From Paragordius varius (Eukaryota > Animalia > Nematomorpha): a stretch of DNA of 64,000 nucleotides. Positions 37,979 through 50,649 of this stretch are shown in pieces (position 1 is the first letter of the stretch; each line of letters starts with the position of its first letter). A program made the position numbers and the translations under genes. The stretch lies in assembly GCA_964247055.1 (NCBI GenBank), contig OZ176053.1:8370001-8434000 (forward strand), given 5' to 3'. Below the pieces are notes generated by a model that saw only the letters and a list, made by a program, of their open reading frames with translations, made no database searches and was not told the DNA's origin.

Positions 37979-40404
37979 TTAATTATTGTTAAGCGTATCG
38001 ATATTTGATAATTTTGAAGCGTTTGATATTTCGTTGGTGGTGATTGTTGAGGTAGGACCTATAAAATTTGATTAGACAATATATATGTTTTTCTAAAAAT
38101 ATAGGTTAATATTTATATTTAAAGTATTCGTTAAATTATTTAGAAATTTAACATATTAAACGTAATAATTGATAAGTAAACGGGCCAAATTAAATTATGA
38201 TTTCAATTGTGTTATTTCAGTAAATAAATACCAGGATTGTCGATTGATGGAATTAAAATAATTTCGTCATCGGAAAGGGAAGGCCATTGTGTTGAAGGGG
38301 AATCCATTCTACAATAAAAATTGAAATTATACAGACAACACTTAAAAACTAAAAGACAACTTTTTTTTAAAAAAAGGCAACCATATTTTTTTAACCCGAA
38401 ATTTTTACTATAAAAAGATATAATAACTTAAATTGGTAACTCACTTTTAATTAAATAATTTCTGTAAAAATATCAAAATTCAAAAATGATAATTTAAAAA
38501 ATAGTTTTTTTGCTTATATATTTCTTTAGAAATTTTATTTCTTACTGTAAAATATAATAAATAATTAGAAAGAAATTTTAATATAAAATATACCTAATAT
38601 CCAAAAAGCTACAATATATATATAAAGTGAATTTTTACGCAATTATTGTAGAACCAACTAATGGGGATATAGTTGGCTGAGATTGTGCATTATTTGTTAA
38701 ATTTGTAGTTTCATTTGTTGTCAAAAAGGGTGCCACATTCTGGGAACCTGATAAAAGTCCAGACGTTAGAATGGTCGAGTTTTTGCCTACACTTTGTGCC
38801 ATACGCTCATTCAAAGCTTTTAAAGCTTTCAACCTAAAAAATTGATTAATATAAATGTTTTTAAATGTAATTTAACCAAAGACAAGTAAGTTATAAATTT
38901 AATTACACCCAATATGTGTTAGTAAATTATTTTTACGGTTTGAACAGAATATATGAACAATATATAAATTAATGAAATTATAAATAAAAACTGTAAATGA
39001 CTATTTTTATTTGTTAATCAGTTGATTTATATTTACACAACAAAGTTAATCATAGTCAAAAAACGGGAAATGATAATAGCACCATATTGCTCTAAAAATG
39101 ATTATTGTAACAAAACCGCATGTGTAATATTACTCCTAAAGCCTTTTTTAAAAAATTTTTGTGGAACATTCATTAAAAAATATTTAATTTTGTGATAAAT
39201 TAAATTACCTTCTACGTTCAGCATCATAATCCGTACCTCCAGGTAATGTGATGGTGACAGACGATGACATGGATCCTTCATTCATGCGACGAATGGTCGA
39301 TCGCCGCTTACATATATGGAGTTGAATCAAAACTTTGTAAATTGTGTTGCACACAACTTTGATAGGTGGTTGAATAATTCTCGGGAAAAAGCTATGATAA
39401 CAATTAAAAAATTTACAAAGCAATATACAAATTTTAACAAAGTATATTTGAAAAGTTTATTATTAAAATAATTGTGTAAATTTTCACAAGTAATAAAGAA
39501 ATGGACCTTGACAAAATCAGGAAAACATTTTATTTATGTGTAAATTTTTTTAACAATGATGTTTTTTGTTGAAAGTTATCTACCTAGCAAACGCAAAACC
39601 GCTTTCGAAATCGCCGCGTGTACCATTGCTATGTTTTTGAAAAAATCGCAAATATATCCAACTGGTAAAGAGACCGACCAAAAACATGGTGGGGTAGGGG
39701 CATGTAATTTGTTTCACCTCATTATTATTGATAATTAGTGTATTCGTTTTCGAAACCTGATCATTTAGGAGAGTGGTTATATTGTTATTCAAATCTGGGA
39801 CCAAAGAATGAGAAGAACTAAATTTATATTCAAAAAAATAAAATGCTTTTAGTATAAGTGTTAGCAAGTATAGCATAATTGGAACGTGTGTGTTACGAAT
39901 CCTGATAGATCGGCCCCATGAGAGCAAAACATGTTCAGGCATTATCTGTTTTACTGCTACTGAGATTCCTGCTAAGTATCCCGCAAATCCAGATATTCGA
40001 ATATATAATAGATAGTATTCATTGTAAGTACCAATGTAGGCAATTATGAAGTAAAGGGTAGGAAATATTCCTGTCGTGATAGTAATTAACAAAAAATATC
40101 TTAATAATTCCAATGTTCCCCATAGTGGACAAATTAATTTATTACATATGTATACGGATATAATATTGAAAATCATGATTAAGAAATGCTTTTCCACAAA
40201 AATATAGGTAAATAATTTGTAAAATTTTATATAGATTTGCAGTAAATTTTGGGGACTAAGGGTGAGAGCATCAAAAATATCATTGTGATACGAGAGAATA
40301 TGACCTAGTACTAAAAACAATGATAATATTTTTGTATTTAAATTTGTTTTGCTTATAAAACGGGATAAAAAATCTTTCATAGTAAAAATCCTTATTTTGA
40401 TCAT
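37979..40404 (-). CDS. TMEM115: Transmembrane protein 115 (rhomboid-like Golgi protein), 5 coding exons
   Basis: Exons 40404-39584, 39391-39219, 38833-38639, 38308-38232, 38058-37979, phases consistent. Motifs: WIYLRFFQKHSNGTRGD, FASFFP, DAERRRLKALKALNER, QWPSLSDDE. The start could be the Met at 40380. Confidence 0.9.
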
Positions 40405-41149
40405 GATGATTTATAAATTAAACACATAAAAGGGAATGTGCTGTAAAAAAGATATAAAATTATTTTTAATATTAATTCCTATGATAGATGTTGATAGACT
40501 TTGTGGTTTTTACGGGATCAAATTTTTTTCCCATAATTTTTGTTACAATACTTAAACAGTTATATAGAACACATTCATTTCAGTCTCCGATTCAAATTGG
40601 TGTCTTTGGGGACTCATGTTAGAAATCAAATAATTCTAAAAATATGACAAAACTTTAAACTTAACAAAAGTTTGGACTATATCATTGCACCGATTTATAA
40701 AAAGAATTTACGAGGGAAACGGTATATAAACGCTTAAAGAACCAGGACCAGCTAATTACAGGGGCAAAAAAACAGCTCTAATCTGTTAATGTAACTAAAA
40801 TAATGCATCTTCTTAAACGTTATATAAAATTAAGTATAATTTATTTTCCATTTTTTATGGAAAATAATTATAGTTAAGAGAAGTACAAATAATTTTTACA
40901 TGATCAGAGATTAATATTTATTGAGTTTTTAACAGGATATTGTTTGTTTATTGAAAAATTTCTTTGTGTAATTGTCTAAAACATCTTTTCACATTGCATA
41001 CGATAAATTTAATCCAAAAATAAAAAAATTATGTAAAAATTCCAACTAAATTACGGAAATATGGTTATATAAAAAATTTGTACATAAAGACATTTTATGA
41101 CTATACGCTTCGCAATAATTTTTTCAACTTTTTTATTAAAGCTCCAATT

Positions 41150-41812
41150 TTTACGCTAAGTGGGACTAATTTAAAAAAAGTATAGTGATCCTAAGCGCAA
41201 AGTAAAACAATAAAAAAATTGAAACTGAACTATTTTTACATGGGGAGGGGGGAATTGAGAGACTTCTAAAAATGGCTTAATCACCCTCGGCGCAATCGCA
41301 AAACAATGTATAAACTACTTTAAATTTGCGGCATGCACGCTTTAACAGTGAATTGAAGGGCTAATTCAAAAAAGGGTTTAGTCCCTTTCGGCGCTGTAAA
41401 AGGATTAGAAACTACTTTATTGAAACTGAATGTATTCACACGTTTTTCGGTACAGTGTGAACCAAACAAACATTATTTTTTATAACTGTGGGGCTAAACT
41501 GAGGGGCACTTCAGAAAAAAGCTTAGCCACACTCGTTGCATATGTAAAATTATAAAAAGTACACTATTGAAACTGATTGGGGCCACAAGTTTTCCAGAAT
41601 CGTTGTTCCTAAAATTTTATGGACTTTCATTGTTCAAAAAATTTTTTACACTGGGTGGAGCAAAACTAAGTGTCTAATTCAAAAAAGGATTAGTCAATGT
41701 CGGCGCATTAATAAATGATTAAATATTGTTTATTTTGGAATTGGAACGGGCTTATCTGTTTTCTTAAAGCCTTGCTCAAAGCTCACACATCTTATTTTTC
41801 TTCACATAGAGA
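41150..41812 (-). mobile_element. Diverged relative of Helitron family A with ~120-bp subrepeats
   Basis: 41650-41812 resembles the 5' part of family A (GGGTGG..AACT..CTAATTCAAAAAAGG..TGTCGG..CATT..ATGATT). Putative A|TC start at 41812. No 3' end found. Confidence 0.4.
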
Positions 41813-41906
41813 TATTATGACGCTAAACATTTCTATCAGCCCGAGATTTTTATTAAAATTAAAAATGCAAAAATAAACCCAAATTTAAAATCAAACCAAC
41901 AATTAA

Positions 41907-42469
41907 CACTTCGATTCAATTTGGTGTATCTAAATACCCCAGACTAAATTTGAGTTAGATTTTTAAAAAACTACGGAAGGAAACTGTTCCAATTTAAATT
42001 TATGCTTCTATCCTATTAAAATTATATAAATATTATATAATATCTAAATAAAATTTTGTTTTAAAAATAAGTTCCATGTCAAACCGCTTCGACGCCCTTT
42101 TTATTTTATAAAATTTTTGCAAAATATCGTCCATTTAATTTTAAGGGTAAAATTAAATCTAATTTTTGTTTTTAAATTACATCTAACATTGATAGAAATA
42201 GAAAAAGTAGTTTATTTTTTTTTCCAATTTTAACATTGCACACATGTCACGCTGACTATATTTTTACCTTTCGGTTTTAGCTTAAAATAAGTAATATCAA
42301 GTATTTTTAAATGAAATTTTTTATATATTTCGGTTTATTAATGTTATCAAAATTTTGTCATGGCTTCGATCCCTTCCATATTTTTCAAATAATTTAATTA
42401 ACAGGTCTGGGGTATTTATCTACCGCAATTTGAATCGAAGGACTAAAATGAATGTGTTGTATCCTAGTG
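41907..42469 (+). mobile_element. piggyBac-type MITE (family B), full length
   Basis: TTAA|CACTTCGATTCAATTTGG ... AATTTGAATCGAAG-(~25 nt)-AGTG|TTAA. TTAA TSD on both sides; asymmetric internal inverted repeats. Confidence 0.85.
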
Positions 42470-43469
42470 TTAAAATTCTGATTTATAGAAAAAATGTTTT
42501 TACAATATCTTTGAGCGTTTTTATCCGCGAAATATTGAAGCTCTAATAACATTTTGCTAGAATTAATTTTGCAATTTTACATAAATACTTCTTGTAATGC
42601 CATAATTTAACATAAATTCTTATCTCAACTCGGCAGTTTAAACGTATTTTAACAGCACATTTTAAAAGGGCAAAAAAATTAGAAATTTAGCCTGCATGTA
42701 AAAATTAAATTTTATAAAAATATTTTTTTGCTTTTATATAATGATGTATTTTAGTGATATTGGAATGAAGCATTTAGCTCTCACCAAAAATTTATATTTA
42801 ACAAAATGTGCGCAAATTTTACCATTTTTTAATTTAGGAGCAGTTATCAAAGGTGTAAATAACTTTCTTATATAACTTGTTCTTGTCAACATTGATCCTC
42901 GTTATTTATTTTTTAAGTATTTTTCTATATTTAAACGTTCCCTTTTACTTTTTTACAGTTGGTTACAATTTAGTTGGTAGACCCCAGCATAAACTTGTAA
43001 AAATTAATACGAGCTTTCTAGTATTACACAAACTAATAATTTTAATTTTAGAGTCCATAACTGCGAGCCTTACCAAAACAGACAGCTGATTTATAATCGT
43101 TGCTGCTATTTTTAAGTTACTATTAACATTTTTTACCATAATATACATTAACATGGGAATTTAACGGTTTTAGCTTATTCAAAAACAGGAATGCATGTTT
43201 TTTAAATTATTATTGATACTTTTGGGATATTCAAATTTTACAGTATAATTCGATCCAGGCAACTGTATAGCCTGGGCCATCTTTATATGAAATTATTTAG
43301 ACTAAGGCGGCTAAAAACTTATGCTTTTAACTTAATTATTTAAAAGGAATTGTTTTACATTGACCAATTTTAATCGAATTGCATTTTAATTATTCACAAA
43401 AAACCATATTTGCTGGCAAAAAGTTTGAGAAGATATTTCAATTTAGTTTTAAAATATATCCGTCAACAC

Positions 43470-44092
43470 TAGGGTTGTGCATTTGACTGCTTTTACAAGT
43501 CCGGTCAGACCCAGTTCCATGGTCATGATCGTGGTCATGACCACTTTTCACTTAAGTATATATCATGCGATATTGAATTGTAAAAAAATGTTCGAAAGAC
43601 ACTTGCGCTTCACTAATAATGTCATGTTTTATCTTAAAAACTTCCATAATTCATTTTTTATAATATTTACAAATATTTTCCATCAAATTTAATCAAGATT
43701 TTGTTTTCAAATCATTGCCACATGTTTAATACATAGCTTTTATAAATTTACCTAGTTTGTTTAGCATTTTCTTTCATCATTGAAATATCCAATTATAAGA
43801 TGTTTATATTTTATTGGTTTACATATATAGAATAATTGCATATTTTTCACACTGCTTGATTGTTTTTTGAGCTTAAATGCTAATGTTATAAGGATGCATG
43901 TTTAACAATTTTTTATATATTGTTTAATAAGAATATATCATATTTAATTTATATTAATTAAAAACAATTAAAGCGTTATTTCTCTTGGAAAAAAATTTAC
44001 AAGCAATTTTTCACAAAACAGCTGTTTTTTTAAATGACCATGGTCAAAAAATAAATAGTCACTGACCTGGTCACTTGGTCAGAACAACTTTA
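43470..44092 (+). mobile_element. hAT-type MITE (family C)
   Basis: TAGGGTTGTGC... start and ...GAACAACTTTA end. 8-bp TSD GTCAACAC/GTCAGCAC. Inverted homologue of 47856-48528. Confidence 0.82.
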
Positions 44093-45314
44093 GTCAGCAC
44101 ATATATTGCAATATGATCTATTTCACCGTGCGGCAAAAATGGGTATCAAATAATAAAGGTTAATGAATCATATATCACTGAATAGCTAAATGTTTAGGAT
44201 AATGAATATTAAATTCATTTATACGGTTTTAATACTTAAAAATTATAATTTTCTGTTATTAACCAAGATTAAAAAATCGCATTTAGCACATTTGGTTAAA
44301 TAAAATTAGATACAATAAATGAAAACGCGTCCACTGAATTTTATTTGTTTGAATATAGCATAAGGATTATTCTAAACGCAAAATATTATAATTAATGATT
44401 TTACATTTTTTCGGAGAGTTCTAGGAAGACTTACAATAATATAAGCTAATAAATCGCACTTTGGCGTCATAATTTGATCATAAAAACTTGTTAATATGCG
44501 GTAAAAGAGTTTAATTTTATTAAAACAATCATATATTAACTCTATATATGAGTTTGGCCAATGTATTGCCTCAAAAATTAGCCTTATATAAAAAAGGTAC
44601 GATAATTTCCACAAAGCGGAAGCTGCGCATAATTTTTGCAAAACATTCAATATAATATGGTAGGAAACTTTTAGAATTAATCAAATAATGAGTTAAGCGA
44701 TAAAATTATTCATTTTGTCGTTTAAATTTAGTGCCGAAATTAAATTAAGTAGAATGAATATATAACTTTTCAATTTTCAGGCATAATTATGTAATTTAGA
44801 AAGATTGACGTTATAAAATTGAAAACAACCACGGTGACTTAAAGACCGATGTAAGTTTAAATTGAGTCAAAGGTAATTGTTGTGAAATGAATGAATTTTG
44901 GTGAAAAATAGTAGCAGCATGTAAAATTTTAAAACCCTTATTATTGTTAAAACTTATTCAACCATATTTAAAATAGTATTTCTATCGAATTGACCCTCAT
45001 GTTTATCTAGCCTTCTTTTTATATCGAAATACTATATATTATTTCAATAAAATTGCATGATTTTCTAGGCTATAATTTCAAATTTATGAAATAAAAACAA
45101 TGCTTAAAAAAGAGAATCCGCGTTTTGATCAACAAAAGGATGCATATATTTTGATAGAATCTATTCCCTATAATAAATTAAACTTGTAATCAAACACATT
45201 ATGACCAGGTGAGCATTTTTAAGAGCAAAAATTATGCAAGAAAAGGAACTCAAAAATTTATAAAAGTTATTACTATCAAATTGATAGAGATGTTCCCCAT
45301 TTATATATAATTAA

Positions 45315-45887
45315 CACTTCGATTCAAATTGGGGTATCTAAATACCACAGACAATATTTAAGTTGATAATTTCAAAAACTACTAAGAGATACGGTAATAT
45401 TAATTTATGTACTGTCCTAATAAAAATTATAAAAATAAGCCAAAATATCTGAATAAAATTTAGTTTTGGAAAAGAAGTCCGTATCAAACTAATTGGACGC
45501 CATTTTTATTTTACAACATTTTTGCAAACATCGTGTTTAATTAATTGTAAGCCTAAAATTAAATTTACTTTGTTATTAAAATGACATTTAACATCGATAT
45601 AAAGAGAAAAAGTGGTATATTTTGCATTATTTTTGTATTTAGATTATGCACACATGTCATGTTATAAATTTTTACCTTCGGGTTTTACCTCTGAATGAGT
45701 AATACCAAGTATTAATGAATAATTTTTTTTTCATAATTCGGTTTATAAATGTCATATAAGTGCAAACTTTTGCCACACCGTTTCAATATATTCCATATTT
45801 TTTAAAATAATAAATTAAAAAACCTGGGGTATCTAACAACCTGAATTTGAATCGAAGGACTGAAATGATTAAGTTGTATCCAGAGTG
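45315..45887 (+). mobile_element. piggyBac-type MITE (family B), full length
   Basis: TTAA at 45311-14 and 45888-91; colinear with 41907-42469. Confidence 0.85.
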
Positions 45888-45986
45888 TTAAATATAAAGC
45901 AAACACAGGATAAAAAAGTATTCAATAAAATGAATAATATACGTTTATAAATGGAAAATAATATATATTTAATACAAATTATGAAA

Positions 45987-46678
45987 CTATAAATTTATTA
46001 GTTGAATGGATTTCAAAAAATTCTGGGCATCCAAAAAATCATCGCAAATATTTTTTATAAAATATATACACCATTGAGTGATGACTAAACATATTAATAA
46101 ATTAAATAAAAAAGATTTTTTTAAAAAATATTAATTATGCCTAAATATAGCTTACACGGATTCAACGAATCTAGAGACGATGATTGTAAAACGATAGAAA
46201 TACCGTTATGATCTTTAATCTATACTTTACATAAAATTTTTACAGCAATTTGCATTTTTCTATTTTTGTAACATACATTTGCTAATATTTGAATACAATA
46301 AATTTTCATTTTGTATAAAGGGTGTTCATTAATGTCCAAAAGCTGCTCGGATTCAAAAAAACAATTTAAGCGCTGTAACAAATCTAATGTATCAGAGAGT
46401 GAACACAAAATAAAATAAAATGTGCAAATAATATTACCCAATATCCATATAAAATGATCTGGATTATTCCACTGATTAAAATAATCATTAGCAGATAAAA
46501 TTGCCAGCAATTTTATATAAGGTTTTATTTGAGAAAACTATATTAAGAGAGGTGGTACTTCAGTTATGTAATTATAAGGATATTTATTGATCAAATGTAG
46601 GATAAATTCATCCAATTTATATGTCTTGATGTTATCATAATTTTCATTAATAAGATTATACAATCTAAGCAGGAACCT
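45987..46678 (-). CDS. ATXN10: Ataxin-10-like protein, last four coding exons (upstream exons unresolved, probably extend to ~47.1 kb or beyond)
   Basis: Exons 46678-46559, 46537-46244, 46219-46156, 46084-45987. IQILANVCYKNRKMQIA|IKDHNGISIVLQSSSLDSLNP|FITQWCIYFIKNICDD matches the recalled ataxin-10 domain (LIGNLCYKNKDNQDKVNELDGIPLILD...NPFLTQWVIYAIRNL). Confidence 0.85.
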
Positions 46679-47855
46679 CTACATAAAATCATAATGTAAC
46701 TTAGATGTTAATATATTATTATCTGTTTTCAATTTTATTTCACATATACATTCTATCAGTTAAATTAAAGATAACTAAGTGTCAGCATCAAACATTAATT
46801 GAATATTTCAAATATTTAACTTGAAAATATGTATCATATGGTGAATGTTTATTTAACTTTTATTTGATTTAACAGTTTTTCGTAGTAGATAATTTGGTAA
46901 CTTATACCAGCTAAACTAATAATAAATTACTATTTTTAAGTTGTTTTGGTCAGATAAATAAGCATAGATCTATATTAGACAAAAAAATAAATATAGTGTA
47001 ATTTCTAGAGTTCCAAGATAGAATAGCTCCAAACTAACAAACCAAAAAGCCGATTTTTATATGATATCAAAAATAATTTGATAAAATGCACTTATTTATA
47101 TTTTCTGACCCTATAAATTATTTGCCTTGGAGATTCTATGAAATATATAGAAGAATAATGGCAGCGAAAAAAGATAAGAAAAATAAATCATGCGCTTAAT
47201 TAAAACATAATTTTAAATTTAGCGTTAAACCTTTGTTTAATCAAAGAAAATGAAGTTTTTTTAAAGGCTAAAAGGTAGGAAAATGAATATCATAATTACT
47301 TGCTAAAAAATGTTTATTAATTTCACAAAATAATAAATTATTGCTCATACGAATCCTTACGAAAATTGTTATCAGTTCATTACGTCTATATCAGGAAAAA
47401 TAGATAAAATATATCAATCCCAGAGGTCTAAATTTAAATATATATGATACCATATTTCGATTAAAATATAGACATAATACATAACATTTTTGAAAATCTA
47501 AAGTTTACTTTAATTTATTAAATTGGATTTATTGAAAATTTTCCCTCAAATAATTGTATGCATTTGAAATTAATTAATTAAGAATTTTCAACCAATTTTA
47601 ACTTTAAGGCCAGTAATTTTAGCTTAAAATAACACAAAAATCGACGAAAGAGGATTTTTTCCAATATTAATAATTATATTGATTTGTTTATTTCTTTATG
47701 CTTGTTTTCAGTGTGATCGTATGAAAAAACTAATTGTATTCATACGTGATTATATTCACCATTAATTAGATGGCCTATAATTTCAAATTCCATAATATCT
47801 ACATAAAGGAATTTTAAAATATATTGGCCAATAAAAACAAAAGTTGTATTACGAC

Positions 47856-48528
47856 TAGGCTTGTGCTGACCAAGTCACCGACCGGGTCATGAATATATCA
47901 GTAACTATTTATTTTTTAACCATGGTCATTTAACAAACAGCTCTTTTTTGATAAATTGCTGATATATTTTTTGGAAGAGAGTTAGTAAGATTTTGTTGTT
48001 GTTTTATATATTTTTTAAAAATTATAAAATAAGCATTTAAATATGCTTATTTAACAATATAAAATTGGTGAATTGCATCCACATTAGCATTTAAGCATAT
48101 CCATATTTCGAAAAAAAAAACAATCAAGCACTTGCAATTATTCCATATATGTGAACCAATAAAATGAAAAAAACATTTTATAATTGGATATTTCAATGAT
48201 GAAAGTGTAAAAACTAGGTAAAATTTTATTTGAAATATCCAGTATTAAAAGCTATGTATTTGAAGATTTAGAAGGCCACAAACAGGTGGGAAAATTTTTA
48301 TGAAAACAAAATTCTTGATTAAATTTGAGTGAAAATATTTGTAAATAATAATATCAAAAAACAAACTTTTAAGAAAAAACATGACATTATTAGTGAAGTG
48401 TCGTTCCATTCTTTTCACAATCCAATATCGCATGATATTTACTTAAGTAAAAAGTGGTCTTAACTGTGGTCATGACCATGGTCTGACTGGGACCGGACTT
48501 TGAAAAAGCAGTCAAATGCACTACCCTA
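47856..48528 (-). mobile_element. hAT-type MITE (family C)
   Basis: Perfect 8-bp TSD ATTACGAC (47848-55 and 48529-36). Termini TAGGCTTGTGC / GCACTACCCTA. Confidence 0.88.
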
Positions 48529-49884
48529 ATTACGACACATTATATACTCTAATTTTAATGCCTAAGTTCAATATTAAATTAATTGGTGTCTTGATATAAA
48601 TATTATATATAGCGGAATAGCATGTCAACTCTCAAGTCAAATATTTGTGTCGTACTGATAAAGGCTAACAAGTCCGAATCTAGTATACGATTACTATTGA
48701 TGAGAGATGTTCATATATCATATTTTGTATTATCATTTCAGATTACTTTCATTCAAAATGGTACAACTTTGAATATGACATAAAGCACATATATTCTCAA
48801 TTCATGTATATGAAAAATTATAATTTGTTAATTTCTTTCTTATGATCCTGTATATAAAACTAATGGTATGTTATATGTGAATAAATATAACTTTAATTAG
48901 ATGGCCTAAAACCATACGTTCGATAATTAATAAAATATTATTTCTGCGCCAAAATTTTATCTAGCATTACACTGCGTCCACAAAAATAACTTGTTGAAAT
49001 ATATATGAATATATTCTGATTGGTGCTTTTAGGCCTTATAAATGATATGAGAAAGTTATTTACACTTTTATGGTAATTGCTTTGTATCAGTAAATGTCAA
49101 AATTTGCGCACATTTTTTCAATTTATAAATTTTTATTTATGAAATCTAGATATTTTTTCCAACAAATATCACATAAAATATTATAAATTATATATAAAAG
49201 GCCAAACAATATCTTCAAAAAATTTAATTTTTAGATGTCGGATATAATAAGTTATTTTTTATACCCTCCTATTTTGAAGCATTGTCATAGATATTTTATA
49301 TATATGAAATTCCAAAATCATGGGTAGACTCTTCAAAGGTAATGAAGTGTTAAATAACAATGATATTTGGTAAAAATTGTAAAATATATTAAGATTTTAT
49401 AAGCTATTTAGTAGATGCGTTATTTTAAAACAGTGGTAAATCGCACCCCATGCGCCGCAAGCGGCGCAAAAAGTGGTGCTTTTTAGAAAAACTATTTTTT
49501 TATGTAAGGATTGCTTAGGAATGCATATAAATGATAAGTTTTAGATATATTTCTTTATTAAGATATAAATTTATTTATGACACATAATTTTCCTGCTTTT
49601 TTTTAAATTAAATATAACTAAGTTTTTCGAAAATAAGTTTTTCGGACAAATTCTGAAACCTCTAACCGATGGATCGGTAAAAAAATTTATATACATGTGC
49701 TCAACGCAAATTAATCTTCAATACATTATTATTATTAATAATAATTACATTATATGATATCACTCTTCCGGTCATATCCGTAAACTATTTCGCCATAGAA
49801 CCATGTCTATGGCGTTCTCGCGTTGGTTCAGTTTGCCTCCTTCTTAACCGTATCTATCCATCGTATTTTTGTCGCCCTCTTCGC

Positions 49885-50500
49885 CTCTTACCTTTACAAT
49901 ATATATCAAAAATTTTAAGTGATTTTAATATTAAAACTGGATTACGACCCAAAAAAAAGATAAAAAAATAAATTGATCGACTGGGATTCATAGTTTATTG
50001 TGAATGTCTAAAGTGCTTTATTGGTCAAATAGGTAGAAAAATTATAACACGAACTACGAAACACCAAGCTTGCCTGAAAAATTCTAACAAATTTCTATTG
50101 CTGATAATGCTTTGGACTATGAACACACAATTAATTTTAATAATATAGATTTTTCGAATAACCATTACAAGGATAGAATTATCTAGGGAATCAATTAAAA
50201 TTTTTAAAAAAAAAATAAAAATCGAGAGGATAGGCGCATTTTAAACCCCAATCGGAAAAATGTGTTTCAAATTGCTTTTACAAAAAGTGCATTCACACAC
50301 ATAATTGCTTAATATTTTTAAATTTTTTAATGGATTTTGTGAGTTCCGAAACTAGTCTATTTTTATCGTGTTTTATTATACTTTGCTTTTAATTATTTTT
50401 TATATGAAAACAGAAAGCAAATAAATAGTTTTTTTCCTGAAAAATTAAATTCCCAAACTAAATGTCGAAATTGGCATTTCAGCGATTCATATGCTCGGTG
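49885..50500 (+). mobile_element. Decayed Penelope-like retroelement, GIY-YIG endonuclease region
   Basis: Broken frames give ISKILSDFNIKTGLRPK, VYCECLKCFIGQIGRKIITRTTKHQACL (~49990-50075) and ADNALDYEHTINFNNIDF. Confidence 0.7.
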
Positions 50501-50649
50501 CACTGATTTAGAGTAAAAACGTCTGCATATAACTGCTATGAAATATTAATCAGTACAATAGAAAAAAACATAAATTCGGCTTCTCAAATTTTTTTGGTGC
50601 GACCACTGATCTTAAACATCAGTCTTTCACATCGTTCATTATATATATA

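Noticed and set aside
42900-45230. Exon-like stretches and 18-31 nt GT..AG segments at 42.9-43.2 kb and 44.3-45.2 kb
   Set aside because: No consistent phase chain or recognisable protein could be built, and short GT..AG pairs arise by chance. A real gene here is not excluded.
46220-46558. Stop-codon reassignment (TAG as sense) as an alternative to tiny introns
   Set aside because: It could explain only the two 3n cases. The 22-, 23- and 25-nt cases shift frame, and read-through would insert 7-8 residues into an otherwise ungapped alignment.
46680-47120. Further 20-24 nt candidate introns upstream in ATXN10
   Set aside because: Several GT..AG options exist but I could not obtain a stop-free, homology-supported path, so they are not counted.
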